Shown: positions 42,071 through 57,548, numbered from the stretch's first letter. The stretch is 64,000 nucleotides of DNA from Octopus bimaculoides (GCF_001194135.2 NC_068992.1:66997696-67061695), one strand, 5' to 3'. Notes: generated by a model not told the origin, from the sequence alone. Translations and numbers: made by a program.

Positions 42071-42774
42071 ATATATATATATAATCCTTTGCCCTTGTGA
42101 TAAGGGAAAGAGATGGACAGGATGAACCAATCTAAATTAAAATTCTTCTTCTTGTCCTTAAGATACCAAACCAGTTCTATTCGAGGCACGAAATCTAGTT
42201 GTAATAAGAAGAGTGATTTTAATTCTAATATTAAAAACACAAAACATAAATTCTTTTTACAGTGTAAGGGAGGCAACTGTTACTTAAGCCCATTTTTTAA
42301 AAATTCTAGAGGTAATTTACCATTCTTTAGAGATAGTACCTCTTACAATTTGACTGGTGCTAGCAAAACTATTTACTTTGCTATTCCGTATAGAATTTTT
42401 TACTCAACGACCTATTCAACAGATGATCTGTTTAAGACAAGACTAATACCTCAGATTTCAGTTAGCAAAATCTCAGAAAAATAGCAAAGGATATGCTTCT
42501 TGGCGTTATTAGACTGTGCAAAACTGCAAGTATTTCACTAAAATATGGATATTATCCTTGTGCAGTTGGGTATTGTTGTAAAATCAACCATTCCCAGCGT
42601 TTTTTTGCGTTTTTCTCAAAATGACATTTGTGACTATATGTAGCAATATTTAGGTCACAATTTCTTCGAGAATGATTGATGTAATAGGCTGAAAGTTTGC
42701 ATGTGTATTAGTTTAATACTTACCTAGATACTGTTCTAGTGTGATTAGATAAACTTTATTTGTTCATCTTCCAG

Positions 42775-43035
42775 AGACACTTGAATGCTACTCCTCAGGG
42801 GTCACAAACGCTTGAACTGCTGCATATGGCTATGAGTGACCCCACAACAAGATCTAGACCAACTTCATCAATGTCTTTGATTCGGCATCCAGTCAGTCGG
42901 TACACCAATCTGTTGGTATTCCAAGTTAGAGCATAATATCTTTGATAGTTTGATAAAATAACATCGCAGGGTCCGGGAATTGAACCATCGAATTTTCAAT
43001 CATGAGCGCAACATCCAACCCACTAAGCTACGCAC
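42775..43035 (-). mobile_element. tRNA-derived SINE with a family C-like head
   Basis: Minus strand tagcttagtgg...ggttcaattcccggacc; lies head-to-head with the family B SINE at 43038. Confidence 0.6.
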
Positions 43036-43190
43036 TAGACGTGACACCGTGGTTAACAACTTCCTTCCAAACTACATAGTTCCGGGTTCAGTCGCACTGC
43101 ATGGCACCTTGGATAAGTATCTTCGACTGTAGCTTCGAATCGACCAAAGCCTTGTGAGTGGATTTGCTATATGAAAATTAAGCGAAGCAC

Positions 43191-43483
<293 letters not shown>

Positions 43484-43592
43484 TATATAAATATAAATAT
43501 AAATATACATAAATATATATGTATATATATGTATATGTATATATATATATGTATATATATATAAATATATATGTATATATATATATATATAT

Positions 43593-43759
43593 GGGAGAAT
43601 ATACAAATAATAACAACAGACGAGGACAGGTGGTGTAAGTAACAAAAGGATATATTAGTATGACGCTCGGGAATACGGAAAGTCTTTGACGTTTCGAGCT
43701 ACGCTCTTCAACAGAAAGAATACGGAGACAAGGAGAAAAANNNNNNNNNNTCAATGGTC

Positions 43760-43760
<1 letters not shown>
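43593..43760 (-). mobile_element. hammerhead-containing repeat, young subfamily copy
   Basis: A few substitutions relative to 7949-8141; hammerhead motif at 43683-43719; interrupted by a 10-nt gap; flanked by (TA)n. Confidence 0.8.
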
Positions 43761-43817
<57 letters not shown>

Positions 43818-44452
43818 GTGTGTGTGTGTGTGTATGTATATGTATATAAATATGTATGTATGTAGATATAGATATATATGCATACAAACACACGCACATA
43901 TATATTTATACATATTTATATATGTGGATGTGTGTGTACGTGCGTGTGTGTGTGCGCATGTGTCAGTATGCTTCCCCCACCACTTGACAACCGGTGTTAT
44001 TGTGTTTACGTCTCCATATGAGACCAATAGAATAAGTATCAGGTTTGAATGAAAAACCTGAGGACCGTTTCACTCGACTAAAAAAAATTTCCAAGCGGTG
44101 TCAGAGCATGGCCGCTGTCTAATGACTGAAACAAGCAAAAGATAAAAGATGATATATATATATATATATATATATATANNNNNNNNNNNNNNNNNNNNNN
44201 NNNNNNNNNNNNNNNNNNNNNNNNNNNNNNNNNNNNNNNNNNNNNNNNNNNNNNNNNNNNNNNNNNNNNNNNNNNNNNNNNNNNNNNNNNNNNNNNNNNN
44301 NNNNNNNNNNNNNNNNNNNNNNNNNNNNNNNNNNNNNNNNNNNNNNNNNNNNNNNNNNNNNNNNNNNNNNNNNNNNNNNNNNNNNNNNNNNNNNNNNNNN
44401 NNNNNNNNNNNNNNNNNNNNNNNNNNNNNNNNNNNNNNNNNNNNNNNNNNNT

Positions 44453-44483
<31 letters not shown>

Positions 44484-46015
44484 CACGCACATGCATACAC
44501 GTTTATGGAAGTTCATATGGAAATGCGTTTGAAAGTATAAACCAAAACGAAAATATTCAGATATGTAGGAGAGCTTATTTAGTCATTCAACTGTAAGTAG
44601 CGACTGGGTAAATCATGAAGGCACACTAACGTAGACAAACATCGCACACAAACGCGCACAAACACACACACACACACGCACACACACACACACACAATGT
44701 GGAAAGGTAGGAAACATTCCATCCAATTTAATTTGTAAGTCACTGTCGAACTTTTCCATTTAGTGCGTCATAGCAAAGTCCAACTGTCGCTTCCATACTT
44801 TCCATTCTGTTGATTGCAACCGGAAATTACAAATATGGAGATGAAGCGAAATTAAATGGATCATCTATGATGGAAAATACTTCACAGACTCTGCTTCACA
44901 GTTGATTACCACTATTTAACGTTGCTTGCAAGTATTAATAGATAAAAATCTATTTATACTTAGAGCAAAACCAACGACTTTATATTTTTTGTTTGGAAAG
45001 ATCCAAACTTGTTTTCCGAAAGAATTTGTGCTGTTAGCTATAACGTTTCAACTATATCCTGGTATTCACAGGAGTTAATATATAATTGTCTTTGTAGATC
45101 AAAATTCGGGAAATGACGAAAATAGTATAGGTACGTTACAGTTGATGGCATGGCTTCTTAACTTGAGGGTGAGAGGCTATCATTTATCATCTCAATGGAG
45201 CTACATTTCGAGCTAAACGTTCGCTTTACGAGATATTATGCAGCGGAGGTAAGGGGTTATTAATTTTATCACATTTCGTATAAATAATAATAATAAAAAA
45301 AATGCGAAATGTCTTTCCCCAAATTTGCCATTTCTTAGCTACGTGCCTGATCATACAGATTTTATAGAATTCTTTTTATAATGACAGAGGAGATTTTTTT
45401 TTTCATATTTGCTATAATTGTACCATATCGTCGGCACATTTCCACAGCTACTTTGTATTCTAATAGAAACCATCACAGTACGTATACAGAATATATTACA
45501 GAGGCTCAACAGCGGGCAACTGTTAAGCTTCACTTTCTAATCGGAATTAAGGGTTGGCATTTTCCTAACTTAATGCGTTCAATAACCAGATTATTGATTT
45601 CTTATATGGAAAGAAAGATATAAATTTATAGGGGAGTTTCCATCGAGAATATATGAAGTTTTTATGTTCATTCATACTTATTTTATGAGCAGAAGAAAGA
45701 TGAAAGGATAAAGCGAGTTTAATTTCTATGTCACTCTTTTCCTGTCACAAGCAACATGAACGAAACGACAGTGGAATCATAAATGCGCCAAATTCATACA
45801 GTGTATTGGCTCTTTGGAGGCCATTATTTGTCGCACACACTATCGGATTAGGGACTAATCTAATTGAGACATTCACAGAATGATTTACGACCGTTTGGTT
45901 TTCATTGAAGCGTCCGACATTTGCTCTTCCGATATTTGTTCCGGCTGATTACACTCTTATTTCAAATCCTGCCCAAGTCATCTTTGCCTTTCGTCCCTTC
46001 AGCTCGATACATTAC

Positions 46016-46226
46016 AAGATCAGTCACGTACTGAGCCGATAACATCGACTAATCCACACCCTCAAGATTCTTTACCTCCAGCTTCAATGAAGCACCGTTC
46101 TTCTTCTTCTTCTTCTTCTTCTTCTTCTTCTTCTTCTTCTTCTTCTTCTTCTTCTTCTTCTTCTTCTTCTTCTTCTTCTTCTTCTTCTTCTTCTTCTTCT
46201 TCTTCTTCTTCTTCTTCTTCTTCTTC
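46016..46226 (+). repeat. ~80-bp repeat followed by a long (TTC)n tract (family E)
   Basis: aagatcagtcacg.actgagc.gataacatcgactaa.ccacaccctc.ag is shared with 63354-63420; both copies run straight into (TTC)n. Confidence 0.8.
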
Positions 46227-46596
46227 ATTTTCGAGAAACTGCTATTGAAATTATGATCCGAACAAACCTTGTTGAATATTTTAGTTCGATATTCCGCCAT
46301 TAGAAACATCTCGTCTCACCTTTTGAATTTTAAGTTTCCCATCATCAGCTGCTGATAGTTATTTGGGTGAGTAGGACTTATGTACATTCAGATATATGTA
46401 TGTGTATATACACATGTATCTATGTATTGATACATGTGTATGTATACACACCCATAAACACACACATATAGATAAATATGTGCACACGTATATATACACA
46501 TATACATTCATACATATATATGTATATTCACATATACGTGTGTGTGTATACATATACATGTATCTATCTATATGTATGTATGCGTGTGTATACATA

Positions 46597-46648
<52 letters not shown>

Positions 46649-47506
46649 ATGTACCTTCAGTAACAAACTGAAACCATTGACAGTGCTGTTAAGGTGTTAC
46701 ATGCAACACACATGCACACACAAACACACGCACACAGGCGTGCGCGCACACACACGTACACATACATACACACACAGAGCTTTAACTCATAAACAGGAAA
46801 GTCTATAACTCCTTTGCCATTCACAGCTTCTTATTACACCTTCATCTGGTTATGACAACATATGTAACTTATATATCCTCTTTATTACAATAAGCAATCG
46901 CAATGTCGATATAAGCCACCTGATATATTTAATCTAGAGGAGCTGGTGAATGGGGAGGCTGTGTTAATCTTGGAAACACCAAATAATCGAACAGCTTATT
47001 GAAATTTCATCTGTTACATCGGATCGTATCGGGTGTAATCTAAACAGTTACAATATTAGCCATTTTTGGTAAAGATGGCGGAGCAATGATATTTCCGAAT
47101 GCTGCCACCGGAGAAAATGTCATATTTGCTCCACTCCCAATGGAAAACTACGTTGTTTATTAGGAATGAATAGTATTTGATATAAGGTATTAATATGATC
47201 CATTGATAAATAAATTGATATATCCATTGCCTTATTTCAGCTGAAGATAAAATGTTATCAATGCCTTTTATCTTATAATCGCAATCTAACAATGCAGAAG
47301 TGCCCAACAATCTATATACAAACTATATACATCCGCATATGCATCCTGAAGTGGAAGCAATGCTGTAAATGCACACGAACGTACTGCAGTGACTGTGCGT
47401 GTTGTATCGTGAAAGCCCGTTAAGAGATGTATATTAATATTATTAATCTTTATTACGTATATGCATGTCCATATATGTATACACAAACACACATACACAC
47501 ACACAC

Positions 47507-47544
<38 letters not shown>

Positions 47545-47590
47545 TACATGTATGTATATATGTATAAACATGCATGTATATATATATATA

Positions 47591-48693
47591 TCACGTTGAT
47601 CACCTTGACCGACCAGCCCGTCGGGCATCCATTTGACACTGCTGGTCACAGCACGCTGTCCACTCCTCTCTGGATCGCGCCTTTCTCATCCACGTGGTCC
47701 CAATCGCCCTCCTAAAATCCTAACTCCACCGTCGTGGAGGCCTTCCGAGTGGTCGTGTCCGCTCGCGCGGGTACACCGATTATCAAGGAGCCGAGCGACG
47801 TGTCCAGCCCATCTAAACTTCCTGCGCGTATATTCTACGATGACATCCCTCACGCCGGACTTCTGGCTGATGACCTTACTACTGATGTGCTCTCTCAACG
47901 AGATTCCAAGCATTGACCTCTCCATGCCTCTTTGAGCCGTTACCAATCTCTGCTCTTCTGCCTTTGTTGCAGCCCATGTTTCACTACCATATAATGTTGC
48001 AGGTAGAACTGTGCTATTTATGAGGTTGGTGCGGGTGGTCCTGTCTAACCTTCCTTGAGCACATCTCTTATGCCATTAAACGCCTTCCATCCTGCCCTTA
48101 TGCTCCGCGAGATCTCCTTTTCGATGTCTCTGCACATATTCGCTTCCTGTCTCAGGTAGACATATTACTTTACCTCCTCTATTTCATCACTGCCGACCTC
48201 CATTCGATCTGTTGATACGTTGTCGGACCGCATGAACTTCGGTTCATCTTGAGGCCTACTGCAGAGCTTTTAATGTTGAGCTCCGTCAGCATGGTCTGAA
48301 GCTGATCCGTGGTTTCAGCGATGATTACGATGTCATCAGCGAAACCCAGGTGGGTGAGTATCTTGCCATTGATGTTGACACCACCTTGCCAGTCGATGCC
48401 TCTGATGATCTGCTCGAGACATGCGGTGTAAAGTTTTGGAGAGATCGTAACTCCTTGCTTCACTCCCTTCTCGTTGAAGGCTCGGACGCGTTTTCCCTTC
48501 CGCGCCAAATGCAGCGCCTTCTTCTCCCTCGTCCCGTCGATGAGGACAATCGACCTCACCAAACGATGACTGCTGCCGGTGTTGAATGACGACACGACGG
48601 AGACGTCAAGTAATATGCGTCGCTTATCGACCAGGATGTAGTCAATCTCGTTTTGGTGCTCAGAGTTCGGCGATACCCAGCTCCATCTCTTCA

Positions 48694-48696
<3 letters not shown>
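47591..48696 (-). mobile_element. RTE-clade LINE, internally deleted and disrupted
   Basis: Minus-strand peptides: RWSWVSPNSEHQNEIDYILVD (APE C-terminus), KGVKQGVTISPKLY and HLGFADDIV (RT), LPATLYGSETW and KFRWAGHVAR (RTE C-terminus). Frameshifts and stops are present; the 3' end runs into (TA)n. Confidence 0.93.
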
Positions 48697-48760
<64 letters not shown>

Positions 48761-48769
48761 GAAACGACG

Positions 48770-48850
48770 AGCTAGCAGAATCATTTGCACGCTGGACGAA
48801 ATGCTCAGGAGTATTTCGCCCGTCGCTACGATCTGCGTTCGAATGCTAGC
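48770..48850 (+). mobile_element. SINE family A head fragment
   Basis: gctagcagaatc...ggacgaaatgctcagg...ctgcgttcgaat, lying between (ATT)n and (AAT)n tracts. Confidence 0.5.
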
Positions 48851-48858
48851 TCGTCGCT

Positions 48859-48900
<42 letters not shown>

Positions 48901-50850
48901 TTAATGATAATAATAATAAATTGAAGTGCTAATTTGCTGTCTCTTGCGGTCTCTGCGTGAGACTTGGAGTCAATTTGTACAAATAGAAAGCAAAAGCCAA
49001 ACAATAATAAGTAAAGTTCCTTCGCTTGTCATATGGACATATATAGCTTTGCATCTTAATTTTAGCCACGAAGCCCAACCGTGATAATGACAACACGTAA
49101 TTACGAGTCAATTTGTTTTCCTATAAATGAATATGTGTAAAGCCGTCAATATCTCCGTAGATATGACAGTCTGTAACGGCACTGTTTGCTTTTACGGTCA
49201 ACTCTAGTTTGATGTTTCTTGCGGCGTAGTAACATCTCGTTGTCAGCCGCAAGGCATTAGTTTATGTGTCAAGAACGACGAGAGGGTCGGTATCTATGAA
49301 GGTTTATTATTTAAAATATTCTTAGTGGAATGGAAGTTATGAATTGTCCTACAAAGTAAATCTATGGCACCAATGCAGTTTCTCTGTTGCTTGCCTATTT
49401 ATGGTTGTGAATTATACAAGTATTGTATTTGCTGTCTGGACTGAGAGCTATTTCTGTCAAATTTCCCGAGAAGATATTTTGTTCTGTAAAATCATTTTCC
49501 CGCTAGAACATTTCTTAGCGAAATTCAATGTTGCACAAGCGAATAAATATAAAGATTGCCTTTTGTATGGATTCTGTGACTATTATTTTCTAAAGAGCCC
49601 ACTGGCTAATTGCAACATCAATGCCTGGATAAACACTGAGATTCTATTGTGGACAGGAGATTCGGCTGTTATGTCGCTACCGGACAACTGCCACTGTGGA
49701 ACTCAAGCAGAGCGAAATCACGGGATTTAGTAATTCCGGTGGCCGTAGCAGACGGTTCGCGTCTGTCGAATATATAATTACGAATGTTTTTATGAAGTAT
49801 ACAGTATATACATATATTTGTGTGGGGTGGTAGTGGTAGTTAGGGGGTGTTTATTAAGTGACACACCTTAGTTTTTACAAATAGCGTTGCATAGGTTAGG
49901 AGTATTAATAACCAGAAATAGTAAAAGACTTAGCAATATTTACCCGTCCGACACTTAATATTTCTGGGTCGACTATATTTTTAACGTACGTCAGGTTTAC
50001 TATATTTACAATGCAAAGTTTAAAAGCAGTTGATATATTTATGTAACTGAGAGTTTTGAAGACTTCAGGAAAGGAAGAGAAATTTGCAACAATATACAGT
50101 AGAGAAAGAAAAGCGTTAGAAGGATGAAGAAAAGGTGAGGCGGAAAGATCAGAAGCATAGAAATAAGCTTTAGAAATTCCAAAACATGGTTCGCAAAATT
50201 TTATTATAGATTACATCTCAAAGTTTGATGTATCATATATTTTCAGTTTCGAGTTTTACAGTGAAAGGGAGGTTGCGATTCTTTTGAGTTCCTGATATAA
50301 TATGCCTGGTGTTTCTATCGCTTCTTAGATGAACTTCCTGTTAAGCCTAAAGAGATCCGTTCACTTTGTTTTGTTAAATTCACTTTAACACAGGACATGA
50401 ATTCTATGTTTAAGCATTTGTCTTCAAATGGGCAAGTGTTCTTGCTGGCACAACTGAACTGGACCTGGTCAAATGATACCAGGCTGCTGTTGTAATATTT
50501 TCTGCTAATGTGGAAAATGAAATTTTTTATGTATATAGTGCAGCTTTAGGCAGCCTTTATGGAATTTTGTTGACGATTTCATGATAATTGTGACGGACAT
50601 ATACAGATACACACATGCACGCATACATAGACACGTGCAAATACACGTATGTATATATAAATGTCCACACCACCTCAAAAAAACCTGAAGCGTAGAGAAA
50701 CATTCCTCCTACAGACGGACACACATTTATGAGGTGCATTTTGGTAGTTTTGAGCCTGACTGTGAAATAAAAATAAAAGAAAATCAAAAGTATCAATTTT
50801 CTGCCGTACACATATGTGTGCGTGTATTTGTCTTTATGCATGTAATGTAT

Positions 50851-50890
<40 letters not shown>

Positions 50891-50895
50891 GTGTG

Positions 50896-50927
<32 letters not shown>

Positions 50928-51334
50928 AATCTACGTATGTGAATTTACTTTACTACTTTCTCTTTCCGCCATCTTTAAAGATACTTCTTCCTAGCATCCA
51001 TTATCGAGATGACATTGAGATCTCGCTATCATAACGACTATTAATGTCTCAAGGCTTTCCCCTCCAAAATACGAATATATTCTTACAGCACATTAGTTGA
51101 CAGTTGCAATATAAATCATCTTCCTTCGGTACATTTCTTCTCTAAAATATATATATAACATATAAATCATGTGGTGTATAAACCTGTACGGCAGATTATC
51201 AATTGTTTAATCAAATATTTCATAGGAAGTGGGAGAAAGAATAAAAACCCTGCTATAATGAAAATAACGAGCGAAAGAAATTAGAAAATGTTCTCTTGGA
51301 ATATTAAATTCGAAATGAAGCAACAGCAAATATA

Positions 51335-51520
51335 ACAACGACGATGACGCTGATCCTAATGATGATGATGATGATGATGATGATAATAATAATAATAATA
51401 ATAACAATAATAATAATAACAATAATAATAATAACAATAATGTATTACGAGCAACATCAACAGCAATAATAATAAATCATGATCAGTTATTATCGCTCCT
51501 TTTATTGTTGTTGATGTTGC

Positions 51521-51591
<71 letters not shown>

Positions 51592-51605
51592 TCGTTGTTG
51601 TTGTA
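51335..51605. repeat. compound trinucleotide tracts (GAT)n, (AAT/AAC)n, (ATT)n, (GTT)n
   Basis: Seen directly in the sequence. Confidence 0.9.
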
Positions 51606-52744
51606 AACAATTTGAAAATCGAAGACAAAATTCTCGAGTAAAATGAAATTTAGTTGAGTTACATTTTTATGCGTAAATTAATTTCTTAGGATTTTGTATT
51701 CCATTTCATCCTCAGATTGACAGGGTTTCCAGAAGAATTCGTGGATGAAAAAAAAGGGAAAAAAGTATTAAAGTTAGGAATATCAGGGCCGTTAATATAA
51801 TCATGATTCAAAAGTCTGACACCAATCGCTTAAAAGGACGTCGCTATTGATTGAGCTGCTGGAAAGCAATGTCTTTTGGTTTAATCTGCCTTACGTGTGA
51901 ACATCACAGCAGCTCCAAATAGCGACGATTCCTGGTGGATACGAAATTACTTCACTCTATTGATTATTTCACTAGCGTCCCCTTTCTTTCGTGCTTCGGA
52001 TTTTTTTTTTTTACTTCACACTTCGATAAAAGGTTTGTCTTCATACAAAGGCAGAATAGAAATTGCCTTTACTACAAAGAACAATTCTCTTTTCATGTGA
52101 AAATGAGAAATACTTGAATAAATTTGCCAGTGAATATCTGATAACCTACAAAACTTGTTAAATCGGTTGAAGATTGTGATCAAACGTACATTTTATGGAA
52201 GAATGCTTTAATTTCGGCACTAAATGGAGAATTACGGCATGTTAAAAGTGATTCGGTTGAAATATAGGTTTATAGAAACTGCATTTTGTTATTTGAAATG
52301 TCAAGGTAAGCCTTGAGAGGAAAAGGGAATTTATTGCCCAGATTTATGCAAATGAGAAAAAGAAAATAAACATTCCCATATTAGGTATGTAATAATTATT
52401 TGGCATGTTAACAAAGGAGGTTAGTAAGAGTGTACTAACACCAACCGTAGCACCGAAGCTTAGCCGCAGCTAAAGCAAGTAAAAGATGCGAGTAAGATCG
52501 CTTGACACACGAGAAACGTTAAAATATTACTTCCAACGTTTAGAAATTGCTATAGAAGTGTTATTAAATGTGTTGTTGTATCCTTATACGGTATTATGGT
52601 GGAAGAAACGATGCTGGAATTAAAAGTAACAGGAATTAATAACAAAATAAGCCTGACATTAGTTTAAATAAAGGCTGTGTAATTAATCCGACATGGCAAT
52701 TTGGAAATATATCTAACCTCTATCGCACGGCATTCCACTGCTGC

Positions 52745-52828
<84 letters not shown>

Positions 52829-55800
52829 CATAGAGACATATACGCACCTGTACGTGTGTGTGTATAGTCTCAATATCAAATGACTGTTAGATACTAGAAG
52901 TTCATATATGGACATTCGTAATTAGAATTAGCTCATTAAAACAACACGAATTAAAGGTGTCAGACTAACAAATCTCCTGATTTAATTTAGTGGATTCTTA
53001 TCTTCATTAAAATGTTTGTCGTCATTGTTTAGGAAATGATCAATTATGATTCGGTACTGGAGGAATATCTATAATGGTCAATTGTTTGAAATGGTTTCCA
53101 AGTATGAACTTCAAATATTTGCTATTTACGATAGCAAACTTAAGTTAAACTGGTATAACTAGCAGTTTAGTAGGCCCTTAATGACGAACATAACATTGAA
53201 ATACATCTATGGTTGTTGTAGTATGCTTTCATCTTTAATTTTCATAGGAAAATGGATGAACAAAATACTAAATGTTGTACCAGTCATCATTCACGTCCTG
53301 AAAAATGTCTGGTTCTCTCTTAAACTTTCAGTTGATATACAATGTAAGAACAGGCACAGAAATGGCTAAATTTAATATATTTAACAAACTGGTCCCCCAT
53401 ACAGTGTCAGAGAAAACCCTCAAACGCTTTCTCATCATCATCGTCATCATCGTCGTAATTGCAATGGTCGTGGTCGTCGGCGAGGTCTCGTCATCGTCAC
53501 GATCATGACGACCAGCACCATCATCGTCCCCACCACCATCATTGGCCTCCATCCTCCTTACTTTCAACAACGACAACCACAGTAACAGCAAAAGCAGGAG
53601 CCGTATGACAAGGCCATCAACTCCAGCCAAAGATTATATTACATTTAGGATAATTTCAATGTCAACTTTAAGGTCTCGTTAGAAGAGAACTTTCTAGAAA
53701 TTGTCATGTGTTCGTGACATATCAGCTAACCCTTCCTCTCGTTCTCTTTTACATCTTCACAACTTCAGGAGAATCACGTTTACAACAAATATCGATCCTT
53801 TTCTAACGATATGATCAAGGAGCAAATCGGATTGATTGACGCAATGGTATGCACCATTTAATCGTAATACGAGATGACGTTTCACCGGAATTAAAGGCCC
53901 CAAGGCATTACTGTGATTGACAGGGAAGTTTTGAAAAAAATAACCGGGTTTAGTACAAGAATTAAAGAGCGAAGCAAGAGAGGATAGGATACATATTGAC
54001 TGATTAAACATGATCTATGTCCAGAATTGTAAACTCAGTTAACCGATGTAATCTCTACGGATCCCTGGTTATCGAAATATCATTTCCTCAGTAACTTTGA
54101 TTTAATTTCAATTTAAACAATGTAGCTCCAGGAAAAACAAAGAATAAAAATGTTGGACGTTTGTCTGACACACATCTCTAGTTTAGTTAGGTTATAATGA
54201 AAACTGTATTGCATTGACTAGATTATCAATTCATTTCGTTATAGCGATCCTTAGCCTGGGATTGAACTAGAAACGTGATATGCGTTGATTCACACAATGC
54301 AAAAAATCCAATACCCTCCTCAACCTTATATATATATATGTATATATGTAATATAAAGGAAGAAGAAGAAAATGGAGATTTTGAAGTTAATAAGTGTTTA
54401 TTATCAACAACAAATGGAACATTATCCCTTACAGCTGTTTCAATTATACATAATGAAATTAACTAAATATTAAGTTGATATTTCTGAGCATAATCTCTTC
54501 AGAGGCGAAAAATTACCCTTAGATGTTTTGTTTAATGCATTGTTTAAACAATAAAGTAGGTTGTTTGTTTGTCAAACTCCTTTCAATACACTAATTCACA
54601 TCAAAAATCTTGCAAACCAAGTACAGAAAGCAAATATACACACACACGTACGCACATACGTACACACACATACATTACACACATGCACTTACAAATAAAT
54701 TGATTAAAACAACGCCTGCATTTTCTTGTAAGACATTATTCAATGAATGATTTATCAGTGGTCACAATATTTGCAGACCTACATGATTCTTAGTCTGAAC
54801 GTTTATAAAAGGTAACTCGCCGAATTCCATGTCTTCTGCTGCTTGCAGAACATTTCTTATATACGTCAGTATAGATTCTTTACATGAATTGTCTAACAAG
54901 TTGATGCCATATTACATCTGTGTTGGTAATTTTCGGCTTCCAGCTACTCGTATCATTTGATGACAGCAGGCATTGAGAAAGGAATAGCGAATATAGTGAC
55001 AATAATATTATTAGTGTAATATAGAGGATGCATATTCTTTGATGTCTTGTTAGAAATAATTGTTAGATAAAATATATTAGTGGTATTGCATATCTCCAGG
55101 TATGTTAGATATATATATATATAAATGCATGAAAGAAATACATACATTCCGCATTTCATTATAGTATGGGATATCTACACACACACACACGCGCGCGTGG
55201 GTGTGTGTACCTTGTAAGTATTGATAGATGAATGACTGCTAGTGTTTTCTTTAGAACTTCCTGTAGATTATCATCGTCCTGTCTACTTATGTATAGTAGT
55301 TATGTAACTGCTATACTTCACGGTATTACTAGTTACGAAATACAGAACAAATGTTGGCGAAATTGATCAATGCAAGTGTATATCATTAGTTTCTACATAT
55401 GTTTTATCATTACAGTTGCTTAGGGACCTGTATTGAATGTTCCAGGGGCATTTGGATGCTTCACCAGAACAGATAATCAAATGTCATTAAATCTCAGATC
55501 TCATTCCCTTCTTATATTAAATATGTAGGATATCATATTTTTTTCCACATATATAAATGAATAGATGGTGTTATATAATGTGAGAATGTTTATACTCTTG
55601 GCTCTTATGTATGTAGTATGTCGCTTATGAATAATTACTCTCGTTTGCATGTCTAGAAAATAGCAATTTACTTATTTCTCAATCGCTTCATAACAGAGAA
55701 ACCGTATACATACATTAATGCTAGTCAAAGAATAAAACTGGCAACCAGCCTTCGGCTACCTTACAATATTCTTGGAATTGCATTGTTTAGGATTAATGTC

Positions 55801-57344
55801 TGCATAATTTCAGGACGGATAAAGATCTCATTTGATTGATAAAATACGCGTTTATTGATAAACATATTTTTCAAAATATTTACTATGGCTTCACCTGAAA
55901 TTTCACATTATTGCATTTTTTGGAGCTTCCATTATATCCGAGTGCGATTATATATAACAAATTAAGTAACAGACACTGTTGCCATTTACCTCTTACTCCT
56001 TCACTTTTTCCTTTCTCATTTTCTTCTCTCTCCTCATACTCCTCTCCCCTCTTTCTCCACCCACTCTCCATCTCTCCCTCTATCTTTCCTCTTTCTTTCC
56101 TCCCCTCTCTCTCTCTCGTCGGCTTAATCTCACAGAGAACCGCAAAGTAGCATCACTTTGGAACATTATAATTGATTACAACACGTTTCCTTTAATTAGA
56201 ATACTTCTCAATCTACAATGAAAGTCAAACTGCAAGTAACACAGTTGCCTGTGGCATTACTATTTTCATGATAATTCCAAATTAATATTCATTAGAAACC
56301 GTCGACTAAGCTGCTCGTAATTTTCTCTTTACTCATTTAACTCTTATTCCTCAATGACTAAATCACTCAAAACACACACAACAGTTGATAACATAATGAT
56401 TCATTGCTAATTGATCTCCATTCAAGTGCGGCCTGTTTCGATTGGTATTCTCAGAGCATAGCACCCACTGCAGATACCAAGATTGCTGCACGTCTCATTC
56501 ATTAACAAAAAGAGACAAGTTAAAGTTAAGATTATTATCTTTTCTAACTTTTCTTTCTGTGTATTTCATTGTTGCAGCATGTTTTGACACGGCTCAAGCC
56601 AGCATTTTATTAACTTTAGATAAAATAAGTTAAGTATGCGTGTTTGTCTGTGTCTGTCCGCGCGCGCGCGCGTGTGCCACTTTCACATGTGTCATAGACT
56701 ATCATTTAAAAACTTTTTGAAGTAAAGTTAGCAAATTAGTTTTGTGTTGTCTTATCTACCTTCAAGCCATGCTCTCATAGGATTTGAACTCAACATATCA
56801 CGCTATCAAACAACAATCCGCTTTACTCTGCTGTTACTGGTGCTTTTCCAGCGATAATTACTCTCAGCAGGATACACCATGGATTTGAGGATTAATTGTT
56901 TTGCCTAAGGGCATCATGATGAGCTGGTGACATTGAATCATCCAGCGAACCGAGCTCCCCTCTTCCGTGAACCAGCAATTCTTTGGTCTAGAAGTAAATA
57001 CTATTGCGAAATCCTAAATCTGTCGGTTCATGACATCAATTACCTTGTTGTTAGTCACACAATAAACACAGGAAAATGTTTTAACATATTTCAGCTCCTC
57101 TACCTAAAAACCGACGAAATAACACATTGTCATGTGAGCAATGAATAAACGAGTTTGAATGAATAAACGAGTGGATAAGTAAATGGAAGGGCGAGTCATT
57201 CGGACAGGGTTTGGAACTGCATCAGTTTTTGTGCACCTGAAAGGGATACAATTAAATTAAAGAAACTGAAACAAGACCCATAATTGAATACTTCACAATA
57301 CATGCATATATACATACATATATATGTATATGTGTATATTTGTG

Positions 57345-57396
<52 letters not shown>

Positions 57397-57410
57397 CACA
57401 CACACACACA

Positions 57411-57480
<70 letters not shown>

Positions 57481-57548
57481 CGTAGCACATGCATACATAT
57501 ATACATATGGATATACATAAACACACACTCTCTCTCTCTCACACACCT

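Noticed and set aside
42113-42484. 123-aa non-repetitive ORF
   Set aside because: AT-rich K/N/F/S composition, no recognisable domain and no splice context; likely chance or a decayed TE.
49344-49790. 128-aa ORF and GC-richer segment
   Set aside because: It starts at a non-ATG codon, has no motif and no consistent acceptor/donor pair in a frame joining the M13 exons.
53305-53630. Opposing ORFs with hydrophobic runs (LKRFLIIIVIIVVIAMVVVV on +; signal-peptide-like MAGVDGLVIRLLLLLLLW on -)
   Set aside because: Both come from degenerate ATC/GTC/AAC trinucleotide sequence. The + frame stops right after the run and has no usable donor, so it is not accepted as the M13 TM exon.
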